A stretch of DNA of 64,000 nucleotides from an uncultured Gammaproteobacteria bacterium (GTDB taxonomy: Bacteria; Patescibacteriota; Patescibacteriia; Patescibacteriales; UBA12465). Within the stretch, counting starts at the first letter, position 1. Each line of letters begins with the position of its first letter. The stretch is from assembly GCA_964588435.1 (NCBI GenBank), contig CAZPPI010000003.1, positions 52 to 64,051 on the forward strand, in the 5' to 3' direction. The notes under the pieces are model-generated. The model did no database searches, was not told the origin of the DNA, and saw only the letters and a program-made list of their open reading frames with translations. Positions 46,885 to 56,134 of the stretch are shown in pieces. Position numbers and translations under genes: made by a program.

Positions 46885-48543
46885 ATGCCAGCTTCTAAAA
46901 AAACAAAAAGCGCCCCTAAAAAAACTACCGCTAAGAAAGTAGAAACTAAAGCTCCAAAGAAGATTGCTCCTAAAAAGGAAAAAAATAATATTAGAAGAAC
47001 GCTTTCAGTGCCTTCTTCTAGTAAGGCCAAGGCTATTGTTGTTGATGTAATTGAGGATGATGTTGATTTTAATGAGCTCGAAAAAAGTTCTTTAGATGAT
47101 TTTTTAGATTCAGACTTACCGGTTTTTGAAAATAGAAAAATAAAAATTGAAAAAACTAAATCTGAAGAAGAGGGAGGGGAATTTGAAAGTTTTTCTGGTT
47201 TAGTTGCTGAAGATTTAGATAGCCAAAAGAAATTTTTTAAAGAACTTAGAGACAAAAATAATATTAATACTAGGGTTGAAGAAGAATTAGAATCAAGAAG
47301 CCAAGATAAAGATGTTCAGGACTTACTTGATTTGTTTGAAGATGAAGACTTAAATCATAAAGAAACAAAGAAAACTAGTAATTCTAGACGTTTAAATCTC
47401 TACAGCCATTTTGTTTGGAAGTTCTTATTAATTGTCTTTTTGCTAGTTGTTTTTGTCGGTTACTTTTCTTTTTCTAAATTAACTATTGATATTGTTCCAA
47501 AAAATGAAACGCTCACCGAATCTTTACTGTTAAAAGTTTCTGGTGATTCTGGAGGAATTCGTTTATTATCTGATCCGCGAGAAAATGTTAGTGGTTTAAG
47601 TAAGGAAATAAAAGTTTCTTTGAGCCGTGATTTCCCGACGAGTGGTGAAGAATTCGTCGGTGAGGATATTTCTGGTCGAGCCAAGATTATCAATAATTAT
47701 AGCCGTAATCAGCCTTTGATCGCGACTACTCGTCTTCAGAGCCCAGATGGAAAAGAATTTAGAATTAAAGAGTCGGTTAACGTTCCGGCTGGTGGTGAGG
47801 TTTGGGTTGATATCTATGTGGATAAACCAAACCGTGATTTAGCAATTAGTCCTACAACTTTTACCATTCCCGGACTTTGGGTCGGCTTTCAAGACATGAT
47901 TTATGCTAAAAGCGAAGAGAATTTTATTTTTGAACAGAAAAAAGAGAAATATGTTAGAGCTAGTGATTTAGCGTCAGCCGAACAAGAGCTTGGGAATTCT
48001 TTGCTTCAGGAGCTTTTGGTTAAAATAGAGGCTGAGCAAAAGATTTTAGAAGCTGAAAGCGGTCAAAAATTTGCTTACGTTTATCTTCAAGAAGGCGAAA
48101 CCATAATTACTGCTGATGCTAAAGCGGAAGATAAAAAAGAGTCTTTTAATGTTAGGGCCGATGCTAATTTTAGAGTTGTTTTCTTTTCTAAGGAAGAATC
48201 AGAAAAATTAGCTTATGGAAAATTAAACTTTTTAGTCCCCAGTGGTAAAGAATTAATGGATTTTAATCCTGATAATATTATTTATTCTCTTCATTCATTT
48301 AACGTTGAGGATAATGTAGCAGAAATTAAATCAACCTTTAGCGCTAAAATGATTTTAAAGGCTGAGGGAGAAGTTGTTAAAAAAGATAACTTAGTTAGTC
48401 TTAATGCCGAACAATTAAGTTCATATTTAAGTGCTCAACCAGAAATTAAGAGTTTTTCTTTGAATTTTTACCCTAGATTTGTTAAAACTGCCCCTCGTTT
48501 AGTTGATAGAATAAAAATTAATTTAGTTGAGGATATTAATTAA
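46885..48543 (+). CDS. hypothetical single-TM membrane protein with a histone-H1-like Lys/Ala/Pro-rich N-terminal tail
   Basis: MPASKKTKSAPKKTTAKKVETKAPKKIAPKKEKNN, an acidic segment, one TM (FVWKFLLIVFLLVVFVGYFSF), and a ~350-aa ectodomain. I prefer ATG 46885 over TTG 46834, which would lie inside the promoter. Confidence 0.55.
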   Translation: MPASKKTKSAPKKTTAKKVETKAPKKIAPKKEKNNIRRTLSVPSSSKAKAIVVDVIEDDVDFNELEKSSLDDFLDSDLPVFENRKIKIEKTKSEEEGGEFESFSGLVAEDLDSQKKFFKELRDKNNINTRVEEELESRSQDKDVQDLLDLFEDEDLNHKETKKTSNSRRLNLYSHFVWKFLLIVFLLVVFVGYFSFSKLTIDIVPKNETLTESLLLKVSGDSGGIRLLSDPRENVSGLSKEIKVSLSRDFPTSGEEFVGEDISGRAKIINNYSRNQPLIATTRLQSPDGKEFRIKESVNVPAGGEVWVDIYVDKPNRDLAISPTTFTIPGLWVGFQDMIYAKSEENFIFEQKKEKYVRASDLASAEQELGNSLLQELLVKIEAEQKILEAESGQKFAYVYLQEGETIITADAKAEDKKESFNVRADANFRVVFFSKEESEKLAYGKLNFLVPSGKELMDFNPDNIIYSLHSFNVEDNVAEIKSTFSAKMILKAEGEVVKKDNLVSLNAEQLSSYLSAQPEIKSFSLNFYPRFVKTAPRLVDRIKINLVEDIN

Positions 48544-48638
48544 AATCTTGGCTTAATAGTTATAATAAGGTTGTTAGTGTTATTGTAAAAACTATTCTTA
48601 AGTGAATTCTAGTTCAAGAAATAGAAATCAATAACTTT

Positions 48639-50708
48639 ATGAAAAAGATAGTTTTTATAGGACTTTTAGGATTAATAGTTTTCATTTTTTTACAGAAGAC
48701 TGATTTAACATCCTCTGATTTAGGTCGTCATCTTAATAATGGACGTGTGGTATTTGATAATCATGATATCTTATTTAAAAATACCTATTCATATACTGAG
48801 CCAGATTTTCCTTTCGTTAATCATCATTGGCTTTATGGTGTTATTCTTTACTCGGTTTATGAATTAAGTGGTTTTAATGGCCTAACAATTTTCAACATAA
48901 TTCTTGTTTTAGTTACCTTTAGTTTAGTTTTTTTTATTGCTAGACAAAAGATTGACCGCTCAAGTCCCAATCTTTTTGCTGAAACCAAGATTGATAGTTT
49001 TTATCTTGTGAGTTTTTTTTCTTTGCCAGTAATTTTATTATTGAGTCAAAGAACCGAAATTAGACCAGAAATATTTTCCGCCTTATTTATAGTTATTACC
49101 TATTTACTTTTGGAATTAGGCGATAATATTAAAAGAAAGTGGTTGCCTTGGCTTTTAGTCCCACTCTTTTTATTTTGGGTTAACATCCATATCTATTTTT
49201 TTATTGGTCTAGCTTTAATAGGTTTTAAAGTAGCGGCTATATTAATAAAGTCTTTAATTGAAAAAAGAAGAGAATATAAACAATTTTTTCAATTTCTAGC
49301 TATATTTTTAGCCTCTATTATAATTTCTTTTGTTAATCCCAATACTTGGCACGGTTTAGTTTATCCTTTAAATATTTTTAGAAACTATGGCTACGAAATT
49401 GCAGAGAATAAGTCAATCTTTTTTTTAGAAAATTTAACGATTAACCATAATTTTCAAATTTTCAAATTTCTTTTGATTCTACTAGTAATCAGCTGGTTCG
49501 TTTATTTTATTTTTTCTTATTATAATAATAAAAAAAATAAATTAGCCTTTTTTAGTAGTATTAAAGCTCGCTTATTTGATATTTTTGTTTGTTTGTTTAT
49601 TAGCGCTCTAGCTTTATTTTCATCAAGGAATATAGCTCTTTTTGGGCTTATTAGTTTAATAATTATAAGTTTTAATATTGGACCCCTTCTAATTTATTTA
49701 AAACGAACTAATAAAGTAATTTCAAATTTATGGAGGCATTATATTTCTTTGTCTTCCTCTAGTATTAATCTTATAGCTAGCTCTATTCTTTTTTTATTAA
49801 TTATTTCCAGTTTTATTTATGTCATTATTGATGGGCAGAAAAATAATTATTTAATTAAAGGTTCTTTTGGTTTGGGTCTAGAAAATGATAATGAAGCATC
49901 AGCTGAATTTTATCGTCAGAATAATTTAAAAGGACCAATTTTTAATAATTATGATATCGGTAGCGCTCTTATTTTTTGGCTTCATGATTCAGAAAAGATT
50001 TTTGTTGATAATCGTCCAGAAGCTTATTCGGTTTCATTTTTTAATGAGATTTATAAACCTATGCAGATGGAAGTTGATGAGTGGGAAAAATATTTGAAGA
50101 TTTATGATTTTAAGACAATTTATTTCGCTCACACTGACAGCACTCCTTGGGCTGGGCAATTTTTAAGTAGAATTTTAAACGATAAAAAATGGTCCCTAGT
50201 TTATTTTGACCAAACGACAGTTATTTTTGTTAACTCAGAAAAATATGACAGGGTAAAAGTTGAAGCCATGAGTCTTAATAATTTAATGATTAAAAATAAA
50301 ATTAAAGCTCTAGTAAAGACTAGTAACATAAAAACAAAATTTTATTTAGTCAGTTTTGCTCAGAAACTTGGGTTGCCAGAATTAGCTATTGAGATTTGTC
50401 AAGAAATTTTATCCGTTTATCCTAATCAAGCACAAGCCCTTTTTTGTCTCTCAATGATATATAGTGGTAGCGAGGCACGAGTAGACCTTTTAACTTCACT
50501 TAACTACTCTAAACGTGCTTTAGAAGTAGGATTGCGATTACCAGGCGTATACAATCAAATGGGAGAAGTTTATTGGAGGCTTGGTGAGTATTATAAAGCT
50601 GAGGAAGCTTGGAAATCTGCCTTAAAAGTTGATAGAAAAAATATTAATGCTTTATACTATTTAAATCAGATTAAGGAGTTAAAAAAGGCAGGAGAATTAC
50701 CAATCTAA
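48639..50708 (+). CDS. polytopic membrane protein with C-terminal TPR repeats (GT-C-like glycosyltransferase candidate)
   Basis: At least 11 hydrophobic segments. The C-terminal TPR-like repeats include YNQMGEVYWRLGEYYKAEEAWKSALKVDRKNINALYYL. Confidence 0.55.
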   Translation: MKKIVFIGLLGLIVFIFLQKTDLTSSDLGRHLNNGRVVFDNHDILFKNTYSYTEPDFPFVNHHWLYGVILYSVYELSGFNGLTIFNIILVLVTFSLVFFIARQKIDRSSPNLFAETKIDSFYLVSFFSLPVILLLSQRTEIRPEIFSALFIVITYLLLELGDNIKRKWLPWLLVPLFLFWVNIHIYFFIGLALIGFKVAAILIKSLIEKRREYKQFFQFLAIFLASIIISFVNPNTWHGLVYPLNIFRNYGYEIAENKSIFFLENLTINHNFQIFKFLLILLVISWFVYFIFSYYNNKKNKLAFFSSIKARLFDIFVCLFISALALFSSRNIALFGLISLIIISFNIGPLLIYLKRTNKVISNLWRHYISLSSSSINLIASSILFLLIISSFIYVIIDGQKNNYLIKGSFGLGLENDNEASAEFYRQNNLKGPIFNNYDIGSALIFWLHDSEKIFVDNRPEAYSVSFFNEIYKPMQMEVDEWEKYLKIYDFKTIYFAHTDSTPWAGQFLSRILNDKKWSLVYFDQTTVIFVNSEKYDRVKVEAMSLNNLMIKNKIKALVKTSNIKTKFYLVSFAQKLGLPELAIEICQEILSVYPNQAQALFCLSMIYSGSEARVDLLTSLNYSKRALEVGLRLPGVYNQMGEVYWRLGEYYKAEEAWKSALKVDRKNINALYYLNQIKELKKAGELPI

Positions 50709-50724
50709 TAAATAGAAAAATATT

Positions 50725-51414
50725 TTAGTTAAATCTTTCTTTAAATAAAGTTAAAACGGCAATAAATCCGTCTTTAGCTTTTATTTTTTTACCGTCTTTA
50801 TAACTACGTCTATTATAGCTAATAGGGACTTCTTTAATTATATAATTATTTTTTAATAATTGAGCAGTTATAATCGGCTCAATTTCAAAACCTTTGCCGC
50901 TTAATTTAATTTCGTTTAGAGCACTAGAGGGAATCATTTTAAGACAGGTTTCCATGTCTGTTAGTTTGGAAGAAAAAAGGAAGTTGGTTAGCTTGGTTAG
51001 AAAAGTATTAACGATATAATGAAAACTTAATTCAGATTTTTCTAGAAAACGAGAACCGTAGAGAACCAATTTTTTTGAAAGGTTATTTTCTTTATTAATA
51101 TAATCGAACATCATCGTAACATCACCAGCATTATATTCAGAGTCTGCGTCATAAATTATAAAATAATCACCACGTATTTCTTCAAGACCACGCCTAATAG
51201 CTGCGCCTTTACCTTTATTCAAGGTCTGATTAATTAGGGTGAAACTATATTGAGATTCTAAATTTTTTATAATTTTCAAAGTTTCATCAGTTGAACCGTC
51301 GTTGACAATAATTACTTGTTTAGTTATCTTTAAATTAAAAATTGGTGGCAGAGATTGAGCCACGATTTTTTCTTCATTATAGACAGGAATAATTATAGAG
51401 AGAACTGGTCCCAT
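50725..51414 (-). CDS. glycosyltransferase GT2, polyprenyl-phosphate sugar synthase-like
   Basis: LSIIIPVYNEE, VNDGSTDET, NKGKGAAIRRG and IYDADSEY motifs. Confidence 0.8.
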   Translation of the reverse strand: MGPVLSIIIPVYNEEKIVAQSLPPIFNLKITKQVIIVNDGSTDETLKIIKNLESQYSFTLINQTLNKGKGAAIRRGLEEIRGDYFIIYDADSEYNAGDVTMMFDYINKENNLSKKLVLYGSRFLEKSELSFHYIVNTFLTKLTNFLFSSKLTDMETCLKMIPSSALNEIKLSGKGFEIEPIITAQLLKNNYIIKEVPISYNRRSYKDGKKIKAKDGFIAVLTLFKERFN

Positions 51415-51463
51415 GCAATTGAAACAATTATATATTCTATTATTCTCTTGGCTGCTGATTCAT

Positions 51464-52342
51464 TTAAGAATTTGTGTTTTTAAAAATAATTTCAGCCATT
51501 TTTTTTGCCATTGTCGTTGCTTCTTTGAGATTTCTTTGATGAAGGTTGCGGCCGATAGCTAGACCGGAAGAGCCACTAACTTCAATTTGTAATTTTAAGA
51601 ATTCAAGCATTTCTTTTTCTGATCGCTTACTTCCGCCAACACAAATTACTTTTGTTTCGCCAGCGGCTAAGACCGCTTCTTGAAAAGCTTGAGCCGCTTT
51701 TTTCTTGTCTTTAAGAGCAAAAGGATATTTAATTTTAACAAAGTCAGCGTTTAAAGCTCCGGCAACGCCAGCTCCGCCAGCAATAGTATGGATATCATCT
51801 TCGTTAACTTTTTTTCCTCTTGGGTACATCCAGATAATTGATAATAAACCTGCTTGGTGAGCCTCAAAGGTCATCTTGGCGACTTCTTTTAACATTTCTG
51901 CTTCATATTTTCCGCCTAAATAAACAGTATAGCCAAGACCGCCAATATTTAAACTACTATTTTTTTTAAATTTAACAATATCAGCCACGCTCCACCAAAG
52001 AGCACTTGAGTTTTTTTCATCATTTAAACCGAGGTTTGTTTTCCCGTTCATCTTAACAATATAAGCCAATTTTGGATAATTAGCCCCGTAACGAGCAATG
52101 AAGCCGAGGTGGGTCGCTAGAACGCCCCCATTTGAAGCTTGAGCGACATCAAAGAGATGTTGCGGATTTGAATCTTCTTTAGCAATTCCAGGACCAAAAA
52201 AGTCACTATTTAGATGTTCAACTTTTTGATCACCGGCGATTAATAACATCCGACCAGTATTATTAGTTAGATTTTTATAATTTTTTTCATATTCCTTTCT
52301 TTTAGCCCTAGGAACACTAAGTGGGATTTTAATTTTTAACAT
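51464..52342 (-). CDS. class I fructose-bisphosphate aldolase, DhnA/archaeal type
   Basis: COG1830-like pattern with the putative Schiff-base Lys in ADFVKIKYP, and the C-terminal GLAIGRN. Confidence 0.65.
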   Translation of the reverse strand: MLKIKIPLSVPRAKRKEYEKNYKNLTNNTGRMLLIAGDQKVEHLNSDFFGPGIAKEDSNPQHLFDVAQASNGGVLATHLGFIARYGANYPKLAYIVKMNGKTNLGLNDEKNSSALWWSVADIVKFKKNSSLNIGGLGYTVYLGGKYEAEMLKEVAKMTFEAHQAGLLSIIWMYPRGKKVNEDDIHTIAGGAGVAGALNADFVKIKYPFALKDKKKAAQAFQEAVLAAGETKVICVGGSKRSEKEMLEFLKLQIEVSGSSGLAIGRNLHQRNLKEATTMAKKMAEIIFKNTNS

Positions 52343-52406
52343 AAGATGTATTTAAAAATTTATTTTATTATGCTATTATTATAATGAAATCTTAATTTAT
52401 TATAAC

Positions 52407-53417
52407 ATGGACAAGTTTAAAGATGAAGAGCCTGAATCTTTAGTTCGGGAAGACAGGGAAGCAAGCGAAATTGAAACTAATAGCCCTCTTAATCAAAGGG
52501 CTAATGTTTTTGCGGATTTTAAGTCAACTGATGACGTTAAAATAAAAGTTGACGAGAGTAAAGATAATTTTAATCCTGATGATTATCTTGATAAGAAATT
52601 TTTAAGACGAATGAATGTTGGTTTGTGGTTATCTGAAAATAGAAAAAATATTATTAAAGCTATTGTTGTTTTATTAATTTTAATTTCTGCGACTTTCTTT
52701 ATTTATTCGGTATATAATTTGATAATTTATTTAAAAGCTGGCAATCCAGCCGATGGCTTAGTTGATGATAATTTCGTTAGAAATCAAAATCAGTTACAGC
52801 CTTTAACTCTTTCTCAAGTTCAGGTTTTTTCTAATAATTCAAAAAGCGATTTAGTAATTTTGCTTAATAATAGTAATCCTCGTTTTTATGCAAATTTCGA
52901 TTATTGTTTTAAAAGAGGAGAGCTAGAAGTGTCCTGCGGTCAGAGTTTTATTTTACCTAATTCTGAAAAATATATTTTAGCTTTTGGAGCCGAGACTTTA
53001 TCTGGGGGAGAAGATTTTTCTTTCTCTATTTCTAGAATTTCCTGGCAACGTGTTTCTCGAGAAATTATTAATTATCAAAGTTTCCATAATGAACATCTAA
53101 ATTTCAATATACATGATATTAACTTTAAGCCTTCAACTAGTCGCAGCTCTGCTAATATTGATTTAAATAGTTTGGAATTTTCTTTCGAAAATCTAAGTCC
53201 TTATAGTTATTATGAGGTCCCATTAAATATTCTTTTTTTTGATGGGGAGAATCTTAAGGGGGTAAATCGTCATATAATTAATAATTTTTATACCGGTGAA
53301 ACGCGTCAGATTAGTTTAACTTGGACTAGCGATTTGCGCGAAGTTACGCGGACACTTATCTTGCCGGAAATTAATATTTTTAATGAGGAAGTTTTTCTTA
53401 AATATCATGGCAATTAA
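52407..53417 (+). CDS. hypothetical single-TM membrane protein (336 aa)
   Basis: Acidic 90-aa N-terminal tail, one TM (AIVVLLILISATFFIYSVYNLIIYL), and an ectodomain. It ends 11 nt before the SEDS gene. Confidence 0.5.
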   Translation: MDKFKDEEPESLVREDREASEIETNSPLNQRANVFADFKSTDDVKIKVDESKDNFNPDDYLDKKFLRRMNVGLWLSENRKNIIKAIVVLLILISATFFIYSVYNLIIYLKAGNPADGLVDDNFVRNQNQLQPLTLSQVQVFSNNSKSDLVILLNNSNPRFYANFDYCFKRGELEVSCGQSFILPNSEKYILAFGAETLSGGEDFSFSISRISWQRVSREIINYQSFHNEHLNFNIHDINFKPSTSRSSANIDLNSLEFSFENLSPYSYYEVPLNILFFDGENLKGVNRHIINNFYTGETRQISLTWTSDLREVTRTLILPEINIFNEEVFLKYHGN

Positions 53418-53428
53418 AATATTCGCTT

Positions 53429-54535
53429 ATGCTTGCCAACATTAAATTATATTTAAAAAATTTTGATTGGCTAATATTTTTTCCGGTTTTATTTTTAGTG
53501 TCCTTTGGTTTAATTGAGATTTATAGTATTGCTTTAGGGCAGGGGGCCTTAGATGCTCTTAATTTCAATAAGCAGATAATCTTTGCTTTAATTGGCTTTT
53601 CCGCTTTATTCATTTTCTCTTTGCTTGATTTTCATTTTATTAAAAGTTTAAGTCGTTATTGGTATCTTTTAGCCGTTTTATTATTGATAAGTGTTTTAAT
53701 TTTTGGTCAATTCATCCGAGGGACGAAGGGCTGGTTTAATCTTTTTGGTTTAGGGATCCAGCCAGTAGAGTTTGTCAAAATAATTTTAATCATATTTTTG
53801 TCTAATTATTTTTCAAATTTGGCAGTTAAAGTTAAAACTTTGAAACATTTTTTCTTTTCCGGTCTAGCGACTTTTATTTTTGTTTTATTAATAATGTTAC
53901 AACCAGATTTTGGATCAGCGATGATGCTTTTTACTGTTTGGATAGTCTTACTATTTGCTGCTGGTTTTAGAAAAAAGTATTTTGTTTTGATATTTTTAAG
54001 TACGGCTATTATTTTTATTTCCGCCTGGTTTTTATTTTTTCAAGATTATCAAAAAGCAAGAATCTTAACTTTTATGAATCCTGGTGAAAATACTCTTGAA
54101 TCAGGATATAATTCCTCTCAGGCTATTATTGCGATTGGTTCAGGCGGGTTGATTGGCAAGGGGGTTGGCTTTGGCTCTCAGTCACAGTTAAAATTTTTAC
54201 CAGAAGCACAGAACGATTTTATTTTTTCTGTTATTGCGGAAGAATTGGGTTTCTTGGGAGTATTTTTAGTTTTATTTTTTTATGGTGTTTTCTTTTTTCG
54301 CTGTTTTTCAGTTTTACCTAAAATTAGCAATGATTTTGGTGTTTATTTTATAATTGGAGCTTGTGGCTTGATTTTTATTCAAATGTTTATTAATATAGGG
54401 ATGAACTTAGGGGTTGTTCCGATCGTTGGTTTATCCCTGCCTTTTGTTAGTTATGGGGGGAGCTCCCTGATAACCCTTTTAATCACAGTTGGTATTATTG
54501 AAAATATTATTATAAAGTCAAGAATAAATTATTAA
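53429..54535 (+). CDS. ftsW: SEDS-family peptidoglycan polymerase FtsW/RodA
   Basis: About 10 TM segments and the family motifs QPVEFVKI, PDFGSAMM, EAQNDFIFSVIAEELG and LPFVSYGGSS. Confidence 0.88.
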   Translation: MLANIKLYLKNFDWLIFFPVLFLVSFGLIEIYSIALGQGALDALNFNKQIIFALIGFSALFIFSLLDFHFIKSLSRYWYLLAVLLLISVLIFGQFIRGTKGWFNLFGLGIQPVEFVKIILIIFLSNYFSNLAVKVKTLKHFFFSGLATFIFVLLIMLQPDFGSAMMLFTVWIVLLFAAGFRKKYFVLIFLSTAIIFISAWFLFFQDYQKARILTFMNPGENTLESGYNSSQAIIAIGSGGLIGKGVGFGSQSQLKFLPEAQNDFIFSVIAEELGFLGVFLVLFFYGVFFFRCFSVLPKISNDFGVYFIIGACGLIFIQMFINIGMNLGVVPIVGLSLPFVSYGGSSLITLLITVGIIENIIIKSRINY

Positions 54536-54539
54536 AAAT

Positions 54540-55157
54540 ATGGATTTTAAAATTAAAGTAGAAAAAAGAGAAAAAAAAGAAAAATTAAGCAAGGATTTTA
54601 TCCCAGCTGTTTTATATGGTAAGGATATTGAAAGCCAAAGTTTAAAAATGAGAAAAACTGAATTTGAAAAGATTTTTATTAGCGCTGGTGAGTCTAATTT
54701 AATTGAACTTAATTTAAACGGAACAACCATAAAGACCTTGGTAAAAGATATTCAGAGAAATGTTTTAAATCATAGTCTAACCCATGCTGATTTTTATCAA
54801 GTAAATATGAAGGAAAAGGTTGTGGCTGAAATTCCGCTTAACTTTATTGGTGAGTCAAAGGCGGTTAAAGAATTAGGTGCTATGTTAAATAAAGATTTGG
54901 ACGATTTAGAGGTCGAATGTTTGCCTGGCGATTTAGTTGACCATATTGATGTTGATATTAGTGTTTTGGTTGCTTTTGATGATGCAATTAGAATTGGTGA
55001 TTTAAAATTACCAGCAGGGGTCGTTGCTACCGGTGAAGCTGAAGAGATGGTTGCTAGCGTTAAAGAACCTATGGCCGTTGAAGAAGAGCCGGTTGTAGAA
55101 GCGGAGCCAGTAGTCGAAGCTAAGCCTGTTTCTGGAGATGAAAAAGAGGTGAAATAA
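54540..55157 (+). CDS. rplY: 50S ribosomal protein L25/Ctc form
   Basis: IPAVLYG, HADFYQV and an acidic C-terminal tail with a VEEEPVVEAEPVVEAKPV repeat. Confidence 0.85.
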   Translation: MDFKIKVEKREKKEKLSKDFIPAVLYGKDIESQSLKMRKTEFEKIFISAGESNLIELNLNGTTIKTLVKDIQRNVLNHSLTHADFYQVNMKEKVVAEIPLNFIGESKAVKELGAMLNKDLDDLEVECLPGDLVDHIDVDISVLVAFDDAIRIGDLKLPAGVVATGEAEEMVASVKEPMAVEEEPVVEAEPVVEAKPVSGDEKEVK

Positions 55158-56087
55158 TTAGATAGTAATACTAAAAAATCTATTTTGACCAGCTAAGTCT
55201 CGATTGATTTCTATAATTTTATTTTCGAAATATTTGTTAGCTAATTCATTCATTGATTTTACTTGCTCAGGATTAATTTCACAAATGAGAAGCAATGATT
55301 TTAGGTTTTTATTAATAATTAATAAGGCAATTTGTTTGAAAAGTTTACGATAATATTTTAAGCCGTCTTTTCCAGCAACTAGCGCTAGTTTTGGCTCGCG
55401 ACTAATACTTTTCTCGTTTTTAAATTCTTCTGGTTTTAAGTAGGGAAGATTGGCGCAGATAATTAATGGCTGAGTAAAAATATTAAATTCTTTGCTAAAT
55501 TTTTTATTATTTATAATATTTAATAAGTCGCTTTTTTTGAAAATAATTTTTTCTTTTAAATTATTATTTTTTGCATTCTCTCTAGCAATATTTAAAGCTG
55601 CTAAAGAAATATCAAGACCAAAAAATTTTATTTTTTCAAATAGTTTTATATTTGTTCTTTTGAGCTCAGAAGCTAAACTAATAATAATTGCTCCAGAGCC
55701 AGTGCCGATATCAATAATATTTAAAGATTTATTATTTTCTTCGTTAATTTTTTTTAAAACCTCATCAATCATCAATTCGGTTTCTGGGCGGGGAACTAAA
55801 ACTCTAGGCGAAACTTTGAAATTTAGACCGTAAAAATTCTGTTCTCCTAAAAGATAAGCAATTGGCCAATTTTTAAGGCGTTTTTTTTCGAGTTGGTGAA
55901 ATTTGTTAAAAACTTTTAAGCTTAGTTCTTTATTGGGATAAGTTATTAGTTTTTCCCGACTAAGATTGCTAGCAAAAGTTAATAGTAATTCAAAATCAAG
56001 TCTTGGCAAGAGACTTGATTTTTTTAGTTCTTCAAAGCTTGTGTTTTTTTCTTGTTTTAATTTCTTATTTTTAGTACTCTTATTCAT
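55158..56087 (-). CDS. prmC: release factor glutamine N5-methyltransferase PrmC/HemK
   Basis: SAM motif IIDIGTGSGAI. Substrate motif NLPY, where the canonical form is NPPY. It lies directly downstream of prfA. Confidence 0.8.
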   Translation of the reverse strand: MNKSTKNKKLKQEKNTSFEELKKSSLLPRLDFELLLTFASNLSREKLITYPNKELSLKVFNKFHQLEKKRLKNWPIAYLLGEQNFYGLNFKVSPRVLVPRPETELMIDEVLKKINEENNKSLNIIDIGTGSGAIIISLASELKRTNIKLFEKIKFFGLDISLAALNIARENAKNNNLKEKIIFKKSDLLNIINNKKFSKEFNIFTQPLIICANLPYLKPEEFKNEKSISREPKLALVAGKDGLKYYRKLFKQIALLIINKNLKSLLLICEINPEQVKSMNELANKYFENKIIEINRDLAGQNRFFSITI

Positions 56088-56134
56088 AACTATAAAGATA
56101 GAAATTTTTTTAAATATTTTTTAAGCTTTGATTT

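Noticed and set aside
53053-53064. Palindrome TTTCTCGAGAAA as a parS-like site.
   Set aside because: The central bases differ from the parS consensus (GTTTCACGTGAAAC), and it lies inside a coding region 11 kb from parB. I did not spot a canonical parS by eye, but a proper pattern search is still needed.
54540-55157. The short VEEEPVVEAEPVVEAKPV repeat at the L25 C-terminus as a notable feature.
   Set aside because: Acidic or Ala/Pro/Glu-rich tails are common in Ctc-type L25 proteins, so this is not unusual.
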